From positions 127,931-191,930 of the forward strand of contig CAXHJY010001100.1 in NCBI GenBank assembly GCA_964016885.1: a stretch of 64,000 bases of DNA, written 5' to 3'. Below, piece by piece: positions 1 through 15,800 of this stretch. The DNA is from Eledone cirrhosa (lineage: Eukaryota). A model generated the notes under the pieces. That model saw only the letters and a program-made list of their open reading frames with translations, was not told the origin of the DNA and did not search any database. The position numbers and the translations under genes were made by a program. How positions within the stretch are numbered: the stretch's first letter is position 1; the number at the start of each line of letters is the position of its first letter.

Positions 1-250
1 TCATCATCATCACCATCACCATCACCACCTCCAACAACACACCACCATACCACCACCACCACCACCACCACCACCACCACCACCACCACCACCACCACCA
101 CCACCACTACCACCACTACCACCACCATCACCAGACTACCACCACCACTACTACCACCACCACCATCATCACCACCACCTCTACTACCACCACCACCACC
201 ATCACCACCACCACCACTACCACCACTACCACCATCATCATCATCTTCAT
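1..250. repeat. (CAC/CAT)n trinucleotide microsatellite
   Basis: Directly visible tandem CAC/TAC/CAT triplets. Confidence 0.95.
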
Positions 251-510
251 TGTTAGACTGATGAACCTATTTTTATTCCTGATCCGAGCGATTCCCTGCA
301 ACCATATCTATATAAACTTCTTATTCCGCCCAAAATTCTGTTGACTGAGATTATGAAAGTTATCTCCCTTTGTTGACTTCAGATTTTACAATCCACCCCG
401 GGGAATTGTCATCTATTAATTGCTAGGAGAATCTGAGTCAATGGAAGTTTTGTTCAATCTTTCAACTTACTATATTACATATATGAGATTTTACTGAATA
501 TATACTCACG

Positions 511-1430
<920 letters not shown>

Positions 1431-1722
1431 ATCATAAAAAGACAGACTATAACAGTTGACCCCTTAAGTTATTTGAGCTAAATTTATAATTGAAAAATAT
1501 TATTGATGTTGCTGATCTGCATTATCGATCTGGTTCGAATATTCCTGTTTGCTAAGCTTAGATGATAGAAAGTTGAATGTTATATCTGATATATATATAT
1601 AACTTTAATACTCCTTTATGTCATAGGTGGCCGGGAAAATATGTAGAGGTCGCTGTTGTCAGTGACTTATTGACCAATAGTATCCTTCGACAACCGTTAC
1701 TAACAATATCTATATTTTATTA

Positions 1723-1778
1723 CTGTTGCTGTTGTTGTTGTTGTTGTTGTTGTTTCTTCGTTTTCTTCGTTTTCTTCT

Positions 1779-1810
<32 letters not shown>

Positions 1811-2260
1811 TTCTTCTTTTTCTTCTTCTTCTTCTTCTTCTTCTTCTTCTTCTTCTCCTTCATTTTCTTCTTCTTCTTCTCCTTTTTCTTCTTCTTCTTC
1901 TTCTTCTTCTTCTTCTTCTTCTTCTTCTCCTCCTCCTCCTCCTTCTTTTTCTTCTTCTTCTTCTTCTTCTTCTTCTTCTTCTTCTTCTTCTTCTCCTTCT
2001 TCTTCTTCTTCTCCTCCTCCTTCTTCTTCTTCGTCTTCTTCTTCTTCTTCTTCTTCTTCTTCTTCTTCTTCTTCTTCTTCTTCTTCTTCTTCTTCTTCTC
2101 CTCCTTCTTCTTCTTCTTCTTCATCTTCTTCTTCTTCTTCTTCTTCTTCTTCTTCTTCTTCTTCTCCCCCTCCTCCTCCCCTTCTCCTTCTTCTCCCCCC
2201 CCCCACTCCTCCTCATCCTTCTTCTTCTCCCCCCCACCCCTCCTCATCCTTCTTCTCTAC
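1723..2260. repeat. (TTG)n/(TTC)n trinucleotide microsatellite
   Basis: Directly visible. Confidence 0.95.
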
Positions 2261-2272
2261 CACATATGTGTG

Positions 2273-2321
<49 letters not shown>

Positions 2322-3020
2322 ATGTTCATATGTGTATGCTAGTGCAATAAATGCTATCCCGTCGTTTGTTATCGCCAGGAGTTCAAATCTCGCTGGGTTC
2401 ACATTTGGTCTTCAGTGTGATCGATAAACTAATTACAATCAATGATATATTCTGATTTCCTGCCAAATCAAAAAGAATAGACCCCAATAAAAAAAAAGAT
2501 CAATATCTAACGTCATACAAATATAATTCGATTTTAAAGAAATCAGAAGTTCGATCTTTCGTTGATTTTGATTAACTATCGATATCTATCGTGACTTCTT
2601 CGTATTTATATCTATTTCTCAATCATAACCTTCTTTCTATAAAGGAAGGTGTGGAAACTATTCTATTACGTGTAAATCTATTGTTATCGTTTTAAGTAAC
2701 AGCATCGATATAACAGCATCAGTGACTGTTATATCGATCTTTTCTGATCACCTGTCTTTAATAAGTTTCTAATCAAATGAAACTAGCCGAATATGACGGA
2801 ATGTTCTGGAGATCTCGCGAAAATCTCACCTAAATCAAATGTAATTTTACTTTTAAAATAGAAAATGGAATTTTAACTATGGAATTGTAACTCTGCCTCT
2901 CTCTCAATCCATCTCTCTCTCTCTCAATCTCTCTATCTCTCTTTCTCTCTCACTCTCTCTCTCTCTCTCTCTCTCAATCCCCCTCTCTCTCTCAATCGCT
3001 CTCTGTGTGTCTCTGTCACT

Positions 3021-3059
<39 letters not shown>

Positions 3060-3281
3060 TCACTCTCCCCCCCACCCCTCTCTCTTTCTGATATCGATTA
3101 CACCTTTCCAAATAATCCGTTTGCTCTGTTTATATAAATGTTCTTCTTCGTCTGACCCCCCACCCCCTTTAGATATTGCTCTCCTATCCGCCCCCGCCCC
3201 AACTCTTTCTTCTCCTATTCATGATCACCACGATCATGATCATTATGATGATGATGATGATGATGATCATCATCATCATCA

Positions 3282-3452
3282 TCCTATCCCGATGTCATCT
3301 ACAGAGATTCTGGTATCGAAATCCAGGACTTGGTAACGGCAATGAACGAGAGACCCACGTGGAGATCAATTGTTGAGTCCATTTCGGCTGAGGCCGTCGG
3401 CTGCTGCTGCTGCTGCTGCTGCTGCGGATGATGATGATGATGATGATGATAA
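3282..3452 (+). mobile_element. 5'-truncated 3' end of an RTE-like LINE with (TGC/TGA)n tail
   Basis: The + frame reads SYPDVIYRDSGIEIQDLVTAMNERPTWRSIVESISAEAVG, which resembles the LINE C-terminus at 39160-39330 (TYVGALRTDTGLLETQDMAAIMRDRDRWKKLV). A trinucleotide tail follows. Confidence 0.6.
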
Positions 3453-3489
3453 TGATATACACCACCAATAATTGTCATTTCGACATCGA

Positions 3490-4836
3490 ACACAATTTTT
3501 ATATATACAGTTCTGACAATTTTAATATATAGTGCTGAAAATTTTAATATATACACCGCTGAAAATTTTAATATATACACCGCTGAAAATTTTAATATAT
3601 ACACCGCTGAAAATTTCAATATATACACCGCTGAAAATTTTAATATATACACCGCTGAAAATTTCAATATATACACCGCTGAAAATTTCAATATATACAC
3701 CGCTGAAAATTTCAATATATACACCGCTGAAAATTTCAATATATACACCGCTGAAAATTTTAATATATACACCGCTGAAAATTTTAATATATACACCGCT
3801 GAAAATTTTAATATATACACCGCTGAAAATTTCAATATATACACCGCTGAAAATTTTAATATATACACCGCTGAAAATTTCAATATATACACCGCTGAAA
3901 ATTTTAATATATACACCGCTGAAAATTTCAATATATACACCGCTGAAAATTTTAATATTTACACCGCTGAAAATTTCAATATATACAGTGCAGAAAAATT
4001 TAATATACTGTATATACTGTTGAAAATGTTAATATATACGCCACTGAATATTTTAATACATACAGTGCTTACAATTTTAATATATACACCGCAGACAAAT
4101 TTAATATATACACCGCTGACAAATTTAATATATATAGTGGTAAAATGTTTTATATTTCTAATATATACATCGCTGAAAATGTTAATATATACACCACTGA
4201 ATATTTTAATATATACAGTGCTTACAATTTTAATATATACACCGCTGACAAATTTAATATATACATCGCTGACAAATTTAATATATACACCGCTGACAAA
4301 TTTAATATATACATCGCTGACAAATTTAATATATACACCGCTGACAGATTTAATATATACACCGCTACAATTTGAATATATACACCGCTGACAAATTTAA
4401 TATATACACCGCTGGCAATTTTAATATATACACCGCTGACAATTTTAATATATATAGTACTGACAAATTTAATGTATATATATCACTGAATATAGACAGC
4501 GATGACCATTTTAATATATACACCGCTGACAAATTTAATATATACACTGCTGACAAATTTAATGCATACAGTGCTGACAAATTTAATATATATATATCTA
4601 ACAAATTTAATATATACACCGCTGATAAACTTAATATATACAGTGCTGACAAACTTAATATATATATCATTGACAAATTTAATATATACACCGCTGAAAA
4701 TTTTAATATATACACTACTGACAAATTTAATATATACATCACTGAATATAGACAGCGATGACAATTTTAATATATACACCGCAGACAAATTTAACATATA
4801 TATCACTGACAAATTTAATATATACAGTGCTGACAA
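3490..4836. repeat. 24-bp minisatellite (ATATATACACCGCTGAAAATTTTA), about 55 units, homogeneous at left and degenerate at right
   Basis: Tandem unit visible; the 8-aa ORF periodicity (YILKFSAV) confirms a 24-bp period. Confidence 0.95.
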
Positions 4837-6102
4837 AACCCCAAGATGACTCATACGATGTAAAAATGTATTATAGTTTCATGTCTTCTATTTTTACTCA
4901 CACCCACACACTGTTAGGGACAGTTTTGTCTTAGGTTTAATGGAACACAGGAAACAAATCATCGACTTAGGGATAATGTTGATACATTGCAACATTGTAG
5001 CCAGTGAAAAGGTTAATTTAAATCAAGTATAGCTAACATTTCTTTTTCATATTGTATTTTTATTATATTTTATATCCCGGACACAGACATATTGAAATGT
5101 CAAATTCATTAGTAATTTTGCCTGGAAATAATCCTACCAATTATATTATCACAACTATGTAAACGAATGTTGTTGCTTCTACGTTTTTTTTTTTATTTTC
5201 CGAATGGTTTGGAAACCATTCATCTGTCTTCTTCAGTGACTGTTAGAGTTGACGCAAATCAGCTAATTTCGAGTTTGCTCGTCACTGAACAGGGAAAAAT
5301 GAGAAGATTTGTTCTACATGCTCGCTATTTACTATGTCAACTCAATTACCGTTGAATAAATAAACCAAATATTTAAAATAAATAAATAAGCTGAAAAAAA
5401 ATTATTAAAAAAGTAGCTGAAAAATTAAATAAATAAATAAATAAATAAATTAAAATGGAGGAACACAAAACAAAACAAAACAAAACAATACACAAAATAG
5501 AAAAAAACAATAATGAAACCAAATTACTCAGCGTTCTTTAACATTCTGCCTGTGTTCGAAGTCTTTCCGCTTGATTATACTCGTGCTGGCGTGCTTATTT
5601 GAAATATTTTAACACGTCCATTTTAACGTGGCTTACGAAAGTCTAAATTTCTGAGATGAGAGAGGAGAGAAGAGGAGAGAAGAAAACTTATTAACAAACA
5701 AACGAATAAACAAAACAAACACAGAAATAAATAAATAAATAAATATATAAATAAACAAATAAATAAATAAACAAATAAATAAACAAATAAATAAATAAAT
5801 ATATAAATAAATAAATATAAAAATAAATAAATGTGTAAATAAACAAAGAACCCCCCCCCCCCGCCAAAAAAAATGGAAATAACTTCGTTAGAATTAAAAA
5901 ATAATACATCCTTTGTCATTATAGTAATAACATTTTAAAAAAAATTAAACTGTTTATCTGATAAGGATTTTTTAAATGATATATTTTTATCATGACTTTC
6001 ATTTAACTTCTCATAAGCCTATTATCTTATTTATTATCATATGTAGACACTTAATGTTAATGTAAGAATGGTTTCTTATATAGGCACAAGGCCAGCAATT
6101 TT

Positions 6103-7150
6103 GTGACGTCAACCCACCACCTCATCGCGTATTCCCGTCACCATGTTACCAGGTCATCCCGTCATCACGAAGTCACGTCAGTACGTCATTCAATCACCAC
6201 GTCACCACGTCATCTCGTCACCACGTCACCACGTCATCCCGCCACACCACATCACCACGTCACCACATCACCAGGTCATCCCGTTTCCACGACATCACGT
6301 CAGTACGTCATTCAATCACCACGTCACCACATCACCAGGTCATCCCGTTTCCACGACATCACGTCAGTACGTCATTCAATCACCACGTCACCACGTCACA
6401 ACGTCATCTCGTCACCACGTCACCACGTCATCCCGTCACCACTTCATCCCGTCATCCCGTCACCTCGTTAGCACGTTACCACTTCATCACGCAACCAGGT
6501 CACCACGTTACTACGTCACCATGTCACCACGTCACCACGTCACCACGTCACCACGTCACCACGTCACCACGTCATCCCATCCCCACGTCACTACATCACA
6601 ACATCACAACGTCACCATGTCATCCTGTCACCACATCACAATGTCACCAAGTCAACCCTCCCACCAAATCATCCCGTGACCACGTCACCACGTCATCCCG
6701 TCACCACGTCGCCACGTCACCTCGTCATCCCATCCCCACGTCACCACGTCACAACATCACAACGTCACCATGTCATCCTGTCACCACATCACAACGTCAC
6801 CAAGTCAACCCTCCCACCAAATCATCCCGTGACCACGTCACCACGTCATCCCGTCACCACGTCGCCACGTCACCACGTCACAACGTCACCACATCATTAC
6901 ATAGCTAGGTCATCCCGTCACTGAGTCACCATGTCATCATGCCATCATGCCATCATGTCACCACGTCACCACGTCACCACGTCACCACATCATTACATAG
7001 CTAGGTCATCCCGTCACTGAGTCACCATGTCACCACGTCACCACGTCACCACGTCACCACGTCACCACGTCACCACGTCACCACATCATTACATAGCTAG
7101 GTCATCCCGTCACTGAGTCACCATGTCATCATGCCATCATGTCACCATGT
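6103..7150. repeat. Degenerate 8-bp (GTCACCAC)n minisatellite with internal higher-order duplications
   Basis: Repeated gtcaccac/gtcatccc units; starts immediately after a SINE tail (about 6066-6102). Confidence 0.9.
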
Positions 7151-7268
7151 TATCTTTTGTAGACATATGGTAATTGTTACGTCAAACACTCTCTCAGTAT
7201 TTTCTCTAAGATCTCCGTTTACATGTAATAAACACGACAAACTTGCATTTCCTCAACACACGCCACCT

Positions 7269-7320
<52 letters not shown>

Positions 7321-7461
7321 TCCTTCTTTTTCAGTCTTCCTTCCTTTCTTTCTTTCTTTGTTTTTTTCTTCCTTTTTTTTCTTTCTTTTTTTCTTCTAAA
7401 CTGGAATAATTTGAAATGTAAAGCTACACATTTTCACATTCTGTGGAATGTCTCTAAAACT

Positions 7462-7541
<80 letters not shown>

Positions 7542-7581
7542 GAGAGAGAGAGAGAGAGAGAGAAAGATATATATATATATA

Positions 7582-7636
<55 letters not shown>

Positions 7637-7946
7637 CTTTCTCTTGCCTCCCCCCTCTCTCTCTCTCTATATATATATAGAATGTATATATATATATATA
7701 TATATATATATGGGGGGGGGGGCGGTATATATGATTGTGTGAGTATTATGCGTTTATACGTGTTTCTGTATATGAGTGCGTATATAAATTAATACATACA
7801 TATCTGTCTGTCTGTTCTCTCTCTCTAAACAATCGGATGTTTTGATCAGGAGAGGCATGGTCTTGCCCAAGACAAGCTGTTTGTAAAAATGGCACTCCTA
7901 CGGTTCCTGTAGCAAGTAAAGGTCCATTATCGTATTTTTTAGCCTT

Positions 7947-8102
<156 letters not shown>

Positions 8103-8211
8103 TGTGTGTGTGTGAATGAAGTAATTCCGTCGGAAAAGTCCAGGAAAAAAGAGTGCTCTATGTAGGTAACAGGTTTTTAAAATCCAAATTCAATAAACAG
8201 ACCAGGATTTT

Positions 8212-8269
8212 TTCATTCTGAGGATTGAAAGCAAAATCTTTTGCTTTTAAGAAACCACTGGTAAATGGA
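8212..8269 (+). ncRNA. Minimal type-I hammerhead ribozyme, intact core
   Basis: Stem I ttcatt/aatgga; core CTGAGGA (8218-8224); stem II ttgaaagcaaa/tttgcttttaa; GAAA (8251-8254); stem III CC-act-GG; predicted GUA cleavage after 8263. Confidence 0.8.
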
Positions 8270-8299
8270 ATAATTGCCTTATGTTGTTTATTACATAAC

Positions 8300-8330
<31 letters not shown>

Positions 8331-8907
8331 ATTAAGGGAAGATTTTGGGACATAGTGTGTACCCTTTAAGGTTTAATTCCTCATTGAGGTTTGGTTGCCA
8401 TTTCTAGCAGGGCAAATGACTACGTAGAGAGACTATCTGTACGTATTAACTGAGATAGTGTAAGGCCTGGTTTTTATAACGAGTATGCCATGTTTTTTTT
8501 CTTTTCGTTTTCTTATTTTCGTAGTGGTGGTGGTGGTTGGTGGGGCGGGGTACAACTCCTGATACCAGTTCATCAGTTGAAACTGATTTCTCAATGTAGC
8601 AAACCACCAATGTGTGTTTTCTAATGATATGTTCACATGAACAGAACAGCTTTTCATGTATAAAATTAATAAAGTCATTCTGCAATGTACTTATACATAT
8701 TTAAAATGGATTTTCTTATTTCTCTTCTGAAATGTTGTAAAGGACAGTCTTTCTTTCTGATGTGGCATGTAATCTTTGTTGTATAGTTTGTAGCTGATTA
8801 ATGAGACTCATTATTTTGTTCTATTATTCTTTTATTAGTTTCAATCATTAAACTGTAGCCAGGATAACAATTTCAAAAATTGGCGACAATGGCTCAAGAC
8901 GTTAGAG

Positions 8908-9144
8908 CAGTGGTTCTCAACCTTTTTTTTGCCAATGGCACACCTTGGAACACATGGAAAAATAGCGGCACACCTGGATTTATAAAATAAAAACATGGCA
9001 AGTCATATGAACTTACTTTATTGCAGTGTTTCGAATTTCATCAGTCAAATAACTGGCTTCTTTAGTGAGAAAATTGTGACTGGCTTTTCAAAATTTTGCG
9101 GCACACTTAAGAAGATCTCGCGGCACACTGGTTGAGAATCACTG
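8908..9144. mobile_element. hAT (Charlie-like) MITE
   Basis: TIRs CAGTGGTTCTCAACC / GGTTGAGAATCACTG; 8-bp TSD cgttagag / cattagag (1 mismatch); subterminal GCGGCACAC repeats. Confidence 0.85.
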
Positions 9145-9556
9145 CATTAGAGAGAGAGTTCTCAAGCGAAATACCGGGCAGGGGGACAAATAAAGCACGT
9201 TAAGGGGAAGGGATTTACATTGAGCAAAAGCTTCGTTACATTTCGAACATATGAACAGGGCCATAGGTTTGGAGTAGGGAGCAATCGATTATATCGACCA
9301 CTATACTTTCCTTATACTTGTTTTATCGATCTCGTAATAGTGAAAGGTCAAGTAGTTAGAAAATGATTCTTTGATCTTTAGTATTGCGCTCAAGTTGAAT
9401 TGATCCCTGGAATCAGAGAATGATCTTTGCGCTCAATTTTGAATTCATTTCTGAAGCCAGGAGAATGCATCTGTGATGTTTAGCAATGTGTTCAAGTTAA
9501 ATGGATTTCTGGAGTTAGAGGAATGGTTCTTTGGCCTTTAATATTGCGCTCAACTT

Positions 9557-9940
9557 GAATTGATCCCTGGATACAGATGAATTGATCACTGGATACAGAT
9601 GAATTGATCACTGGATACAGATGAATTGTTCACTGGATACAGATGAATTGATGACTGGATACAGATGAATTGATCCATGGACACAGATGAATTGATCCCT
9701 GGACACAGATGGTTTGATGCTTGGATACAGATGAATTGATCCCTGGATACAGATGAATTGATCTCTAGATAGAGATGAATTGATCACCGGATACAGATGA
9801 ATTGATCACTGGATACAGATGAATTGATCCCTGGACACAGATGAATTGATCCCTGGATACAGATGGCTTGATCCTTGGATACAGATGATTTGATCCTTGG
9901 ATACAGATGAATTGATCACTGGATACCGATGAATTGATAG
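9557..9940. repeat. 22-bp minisatellite (GAATTGATCACTGGATACAGAT), about 17 units, within older longer diverged repeats (about 9365-10040)
   Basis: Tandem units visible; the flanks share ttgcgctcaagttgaattgatccctgg. Confidence 0.9.
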
Positions 9941-10591
9941 TTTGGACTTCATTATCTCTGCTCACACTTGAATAGATTCAGTGAGATGATTCTTTGGTCC
10001 TCAGTATTGCGCTCAAGTTGAACTAATTCCTGGTGCTAGACAAAACAAAGCTGCTATTGCAACCATGGTTTAAATCAATTTTATCCCTAAGAGTCCAAAA
10101 ATAAGTTTACTGCATTTGCTGACTCAAAATGTCGGATGTTAGTAAAAATGTCCTTCAAAGATTATGGGTGTTTTATTTTTTAAAACGTTTTATTTCATAT
10201 CCAGTAGTGATTATTTCTTACATTCTTCAACGTTTGAAGTCTTTCCCCATGACTAATTCCTACGGACACAATAGTATAGGTTGTGTTTGATGTATGCTCT
10301 TTCCCATTTACTGAGTATAATATACTACCTGGCAGACATTTTTGGCATTCGATAGAAAGGTAAGCCGTTCATTTGGTCTTGAAAAAAAAATCTAGGTCGT
10401 TCTCATGTCTTAACCATCTCTCTAGTCTTTCTCTGTTCCCCCGAACTGTCTTTGTTTCTTTGGCTATCAGTTTCTCATCTATCTGATTATCCACCATCTT
10501 TCAATCATCTCACGCTACACCCTATATACTTTATCGTTATCACTAATTTTCTTCCAGTCTCTTTCTCAGTCTCTCGTTTCGTCTCGCCTCG

Positions 10592-10821
<230 letters not shown>

Positions 10822-10919
10822 TCTCTTTCTCTTTCTCTCTCTCTCACTATCTTCACACCTTCTTCTTTTAGCGTTATCGTTGCCTCGGTCCAAATATTTC
10901 TGTCAATCTGTCTGTCTAT

Positions 10920-11876
10920 CTGTCTATCGTCTGCCAGTCTCAGTCTATCGTCTGCTCGTCTATCGTCTGCCAGTCTATCGTCTGCTAGTCTCAGTCTATC
11001 GTCTGCTAGTCTAAGTCTATCGTCTGCTAGTCTCAGTCTATCGTCTGCCAGTCTCAGTCTATCGTCTGCCAGTCTATCGTCTGCTAGTCTCAGTCTATCG
11101 TCTGCTAGTCTCAGTCTATCGTCTGCCAGTCTATCGTCTGCTCGTCTATCGTCTGCCAGTCTCAGTCTATCGTCTGCTCGTCTATCGTCTGCCAGTCTAT
11201 CGTCTGCCAGTCTATCGTCTGCCAGTCTCAGTCTATCGTCTGCTAGTCTCAGTCTATCGTCTGCTAGTCTATCGTCTGCTAGTCTCAGTCTATCGTCTGC
11301 CAGTCTCAGTCTATCGTCTGCTAGTCTCAGTCTATCGTCTGCCAGTCTCAGTCTATCGTCTGCCAGTCTCAGTCTATCGTCTGCTAGTCTCAGTCTATCG
11401 TCTGCCAGTCTCAGTCTATCGTCTGCCAGTCTCAGTCTATCGTCTGCCAGTCTCAGTCTATCGTCTGCTAGTCTCAGTCTATCGTCTGCTAGTCTATCGT
11501 CTGCCAGTCTCAGTCTATCGTCTGCTAGTCTCAGTCTATCGTCTGCTAGTCTATCGTCTGCTAGTCTCAGTCTATCGTCTGCCAGTCTCAGTCTATCGTC
11601 TGCTAGTCTCAGTCTATCGTCTGCCAGTCTCAGTCTATCGTCTGCCAGTCTCAGTCTATCGTCTGCTAGTCTCAGTCTATCGTCTGCCAGTCTCAGTCTA
11701 TCGTCTGCCAGTCTCAGTCTATCGTCTGCCAGTCTCAGTCTATCGTCTGCCAGTCTCAGTCTATCGTCTGCCAGTCTCAGTCTATCGTCTGCCAGTCTCA
11801 GTCTATCGTCTGCCAGTCTCAGTCTATCGTCTGCCAGTCTCAGTCTATCGTCTGCCAGTCTATCGTCTGCTAGTCT
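10920..11876. repeat. 21/15-bp minisatellite (AGTCTATCGTCTGCCAGTCTC)
   Basis: Tandem units; LADDRLR periodicity in the ORF track. Confidence 0.95.
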
Positions 11877-12064
11877 GTATTTACTGTAATCCCACTCCCG
11901 CTCCCACTCCGACATCCATTTCCCCTTCCTGATTTATCCCCATTCAATCAATCTCTATTTTCATTGCTGTTACCTTTGAAGAACTTTCTCCATTCTCAAA
12001 AGTTTTGATATTCTACATCATTACAGTCAATTGGGTGAATATTTATACATAGATGTTTACATGT

Positions 12065-12107
<43 letters not shown>

Positions 12108-12166
12108 ATATGTATATATATATATATATATATATGTGTGTATATGTATATATGTAGATATATATG

Positions 12167-12225
<59 letters not shown>

Positions 12226-12251
12226 GTATATGTATATATGTAGATATATAA

Positions 12252-12351
<100 letters not shown>

Positions 12352-12409
12352 GTATATGTATATGTATATATGTAGATATATAAATGTAGATATATATATG
12401 TGTGTGTAT

Positions 12410-12478
<69 letters not shown>

Positions 12479-12533
12479 CATATATACATATATACATATA
12501 TACATATATGTATATATATATATATATATACAT

Positions 12534-12581
<48 letters not shown>

Positions 12582-12601
12582 ATATATGTATATATATATA
12601 T

Positions 12602-12793
<192 letters not shown>

Positions 12794-12794
12794 A

Positions 12795-13287
12795 GAACAA
12801 AAGCAACAGCACTATCCCAGCATGAGAAGCCACAGTAGCAATAACAGCAGCAGTAGCAGCAGCAGCAACAGCGGCAACTGTAGCAGGAACAACAGCAACA
12901 GCAGAAACAGCAACAGTAGCAGCAGTAACAGCAGTAGCAGTAACAGCAGTAGCAGTAACAGCAGCAACAGCAACAGCAACAGTAGTAACAACAACAGCAG
13001 TAGCAGTAACAGCAGTAGCAGTAACAGCAGTAGCTCTAACAACAACAGCAGCAACAGCAGCAGTAGTTGCCATAACAGCAGTAGCAGTAACAGTAGCAGC
13101 AGTAACAGCAGCAACGGCAACAGCAGTAACAACAACAACACCAGCAACAGCAGCAGTAGTTGCCATAACAACAGCAACAGCAACAGTAGCAGCAGTAACA
13201 GCAGCAACAGCAACAGCAGTAACAACAACAACAACAACAACAGCAACAGCAACAGCAGCAGTAACAATTACATAACAACAACAACAC
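12795..13287. repeat. Compound (CAG/CAA/TAG)n microsatellite
   Basis: Directly visible. Confidence 0.9.
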
Positions 13288-13357
13288 ATTGTACAAATCC
13301 CAGACGTACAACAATGACAATTAACGTAAGGGCATTTTAAATTCTCAGCTGATATAA

Positions 13358-14553
13358 TTAATTGTTTCTACTTTTGGCACAAGGCCAGCAATTACCCCCC
13401 AGTGTATTACTGGTACTTTATTTTATCGACCCCCGTAAGGATGAAAGACAAAGTTAACCTCGGCGGGATTTGAACTCAGATCATAAAGGGCCGTAACTCT
13501 GTGCTGCAAAGCATGGCGTCCGGTCGTCTATCGATACTGCCAATCCACCGCCCTATACTCAGAAAGTAAAGGGCCGTAACTCTGTGCTGAAAAGCATGGC
13601 GTCCGACCCGATACCGATACTGCCAATCCACCGCCATATACTCAGAAAGTAAAGGGCCGTAACTCTGTGCTGCAAAGAATGGCGTCCGGCCGTCTACTGA
13701 TACTACCAATCCACCGCCATATAATCAGAAAGTAAAGGGCCGTAACTCTGTGCTGCAAAGAATGGCGTCCGGCCGTCTACCGATACTGCCAAATCCACCG
13801 CCATATAATCAGAAAGTAAAGGGCCGAAACTCTGTGCTGCAAAGCATGGCGTCCGACCCGATACCGATACTGCCAATCCACCGCCCTATAATCAGAAAGT
13901 AAAGGGCCGTAACTCTGTGCTGCAAAGATTGGCGTCCGGCCGTCTACCGATACTGCCAATCCACCGCCATATAATCAGAAAGTAAAGGGCCGTAACTCTG
14001 TGCTGCAAAGCATGGCGTCCGACCCGATACCGATACTGCCAATCCACCGCCCTATAATCAGAAAGTAAAGGGCCGTAACTCTGTGCTGCAAAGAATGGCG
14101 TCCGGCCGTCTACCGATACTGCCAAATCCACCGCCATATAATCAGAAAGTAAAGGGCCGTAACTCTGTGCTGCAAAGCATGGCGTCCGACCCGATACCGA
14201 TACTGCCAAATCCACCGCCATATAATCAGAAAGTAAAGGGCCGAAACTCTGTGCTGCAAAGCATGGCGTCCGACCCGATACCGATACTGCCAATCCACCG
14301 CCATATACTCAGAAAGTAAAGGGCCGTAACTCTGTGCTGCAAAGAATGGCGTCCGGCCGTCTACTGATACTGCCAATCCACCGCCATATAATCAGAAAGT
14401 AAAGGGCCGTAACTCTGTGCTGCAAAGAATGGCGTCCGGCCGTCTACCGATACTGCCAAATCCACCGCCCTATAATCAGAAAGTAAAGGGCCGTAACTCT
14501 GTGCTGCAAAGAATGGCGTCCGGCCGTCTACCGATACTGCCAATCCACCTCTC
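13358..14553 (-). mobile_element. tRNA-derived SINE (family A) with a 13-copy tandem amplification (83-84 bp unit) of its 5' head
   Basis: SINE body 13358-13477 includes the B box (RC GAGTTCAAATCCC). Units start at about 13478, 13561, 13644 ... 14478, each with the A-box-like TGGCAGTATCGG on the minus strand. Confidence 0.85.
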
Positions 14554-14897
14554 AACTGATATAATTAATGTTTAGGTTTACGACATGGTGACTTTTGTGA
14601 GAGGATAATTGGTGAAACCAAGCTTTGGCTGCCAACTTTAGTAATGAATCTGGCATGTTTGAGAGTGATCCTCTAACGAAATCACCAAATCCTATCTGAA
14701 AAGTTAATAGTAATGGACAAAACGTGCGAGATTGAAAACAAGAAGAGAATTTTCAAACGTGAAATACCATAGACAGCTTCCATGGTTACTGCATCTTAAA
14801 TAATGTACGAATGTTTTTGATACATGCAAAACTGAGTGGCTAAGAAATTCGCTTCGGTATCATGAAATCCCGCTTCGGTATCATGTTTTACCTCGCC

Positions 14898-15800
14898 TTA
14901 ACCCATCAGCATTAACATTACTCTATATACAAAGTCCTTGTTTCAGGGGGGAGGTACTAGGGGACAAGCCCCCCCCCCCACATTTTTTTTTAAACGTCTA
15001 TATTTTATTTTTTGTTTATTTGATATAATTGTTTCTTCTTTTGGCACAAGGCCAGCAATTTCCCAGTACATTACTGGTACTTTATTTTATCGACCCCGTA
15101 AGGATGAAAGGCAAAGTTTATTTGATATAATAAATTCTTTTTAAGCTTATTCTTTTATATCTGAACTTCATTTAAATATATAAAATTTAATTAGCGTAAA
15201 ATTTTACATATGTGATTAGGGTCTGGGAAAGGGACCATAAGCAATTTATGCTCCTTTAAGAATCAACAAATGTTGGTTTGTCCCTCTCACACTTTTAAGG
15301 CAAACGAGGCCCCTGTCTATATATATACTATTGTGGAGGCACGTGGCCTAGTGGTAAGAGTGTTCGACTTACGATCATAATGTCGTGGGTTCGATTCATG
15401 GGCTGCGTGCTGTGTTCTGGAGCCAAACACTTCATTTCACGTTGCTCCAGTATACTCAGCTGAAAATGAGTACCAGCAATAGCTGGGGGTTTAACCCTGC
15501 GAGGGACTGGCGTCCTGTCCAGGGGAGAGTCTTGCAATCTCAGTCGCTTCACGCCATGGAATCGACCAAATGAGCCTTGTGGCTTAAGACAGACTTTAGA
15601 TATATACTATTGTATTTTTGTGGTAAAGGCTTTATTTTATATAATTATCTCACATAATATTGAATCTATCAGATTTTGATGTTATTTATTTTGAGAACAA
15701 TACCTTAACATCAGTATGAGCAGCCGGTTACAGCTTGTTTGAACAGAAAGAGGTGAGAGAATTCTGGCCGGATACAGCCGGTTTAAATGCTAAGGGTTAA
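14898..15800. mobile_element. piggyBac-like MITE interrupted by SINE insertions
   Basis: Ends TTAA-CCCATCAGCATT ... AATGCTAAGGG-TTAA (TTAA TSD, CCC/GGG termini). It appears to split an older CORE-type SINE (about 14830-14897 and 15803-15895). Confidence 0.55.
15335..15599 (+). mobile_element. tRNA-derived CORE-like SINE (family B), full length
   Basis: A box TGGCCTAGTGG, B box GGTTCGATTC, CORE-like tgtgttctggagccaaacacttcatttcac; 14-bp TSD atatatactattgt at 15321-15334 and 15600-15613. Confidence 0.85.

Noticed and set aside
258-360. CTGATGA at 258 as a hammerhead core, or a short exon
   Set aside because: No stem II or GAAA at a suitable distance; the ORF is short and unrecognisable.
5200-5290. 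Minus-strand CTGAAGA next to a gaatggttt/aaaccattc hairpin
   Set aside because: Stem III and the cleavage site cannot be formed; too degenerate to call.
13478-14553. CRISPR-like periodic array
   Set aside because: No unique spacers, SINE-derived unit, eukaryotic context, no cas genes.
15335-15410. SINE heads as genuine tRNA genes
   Set aside because: A and B boxes are present, but they continue into SINE bodies with TSDs and lack a full cloverleaf.
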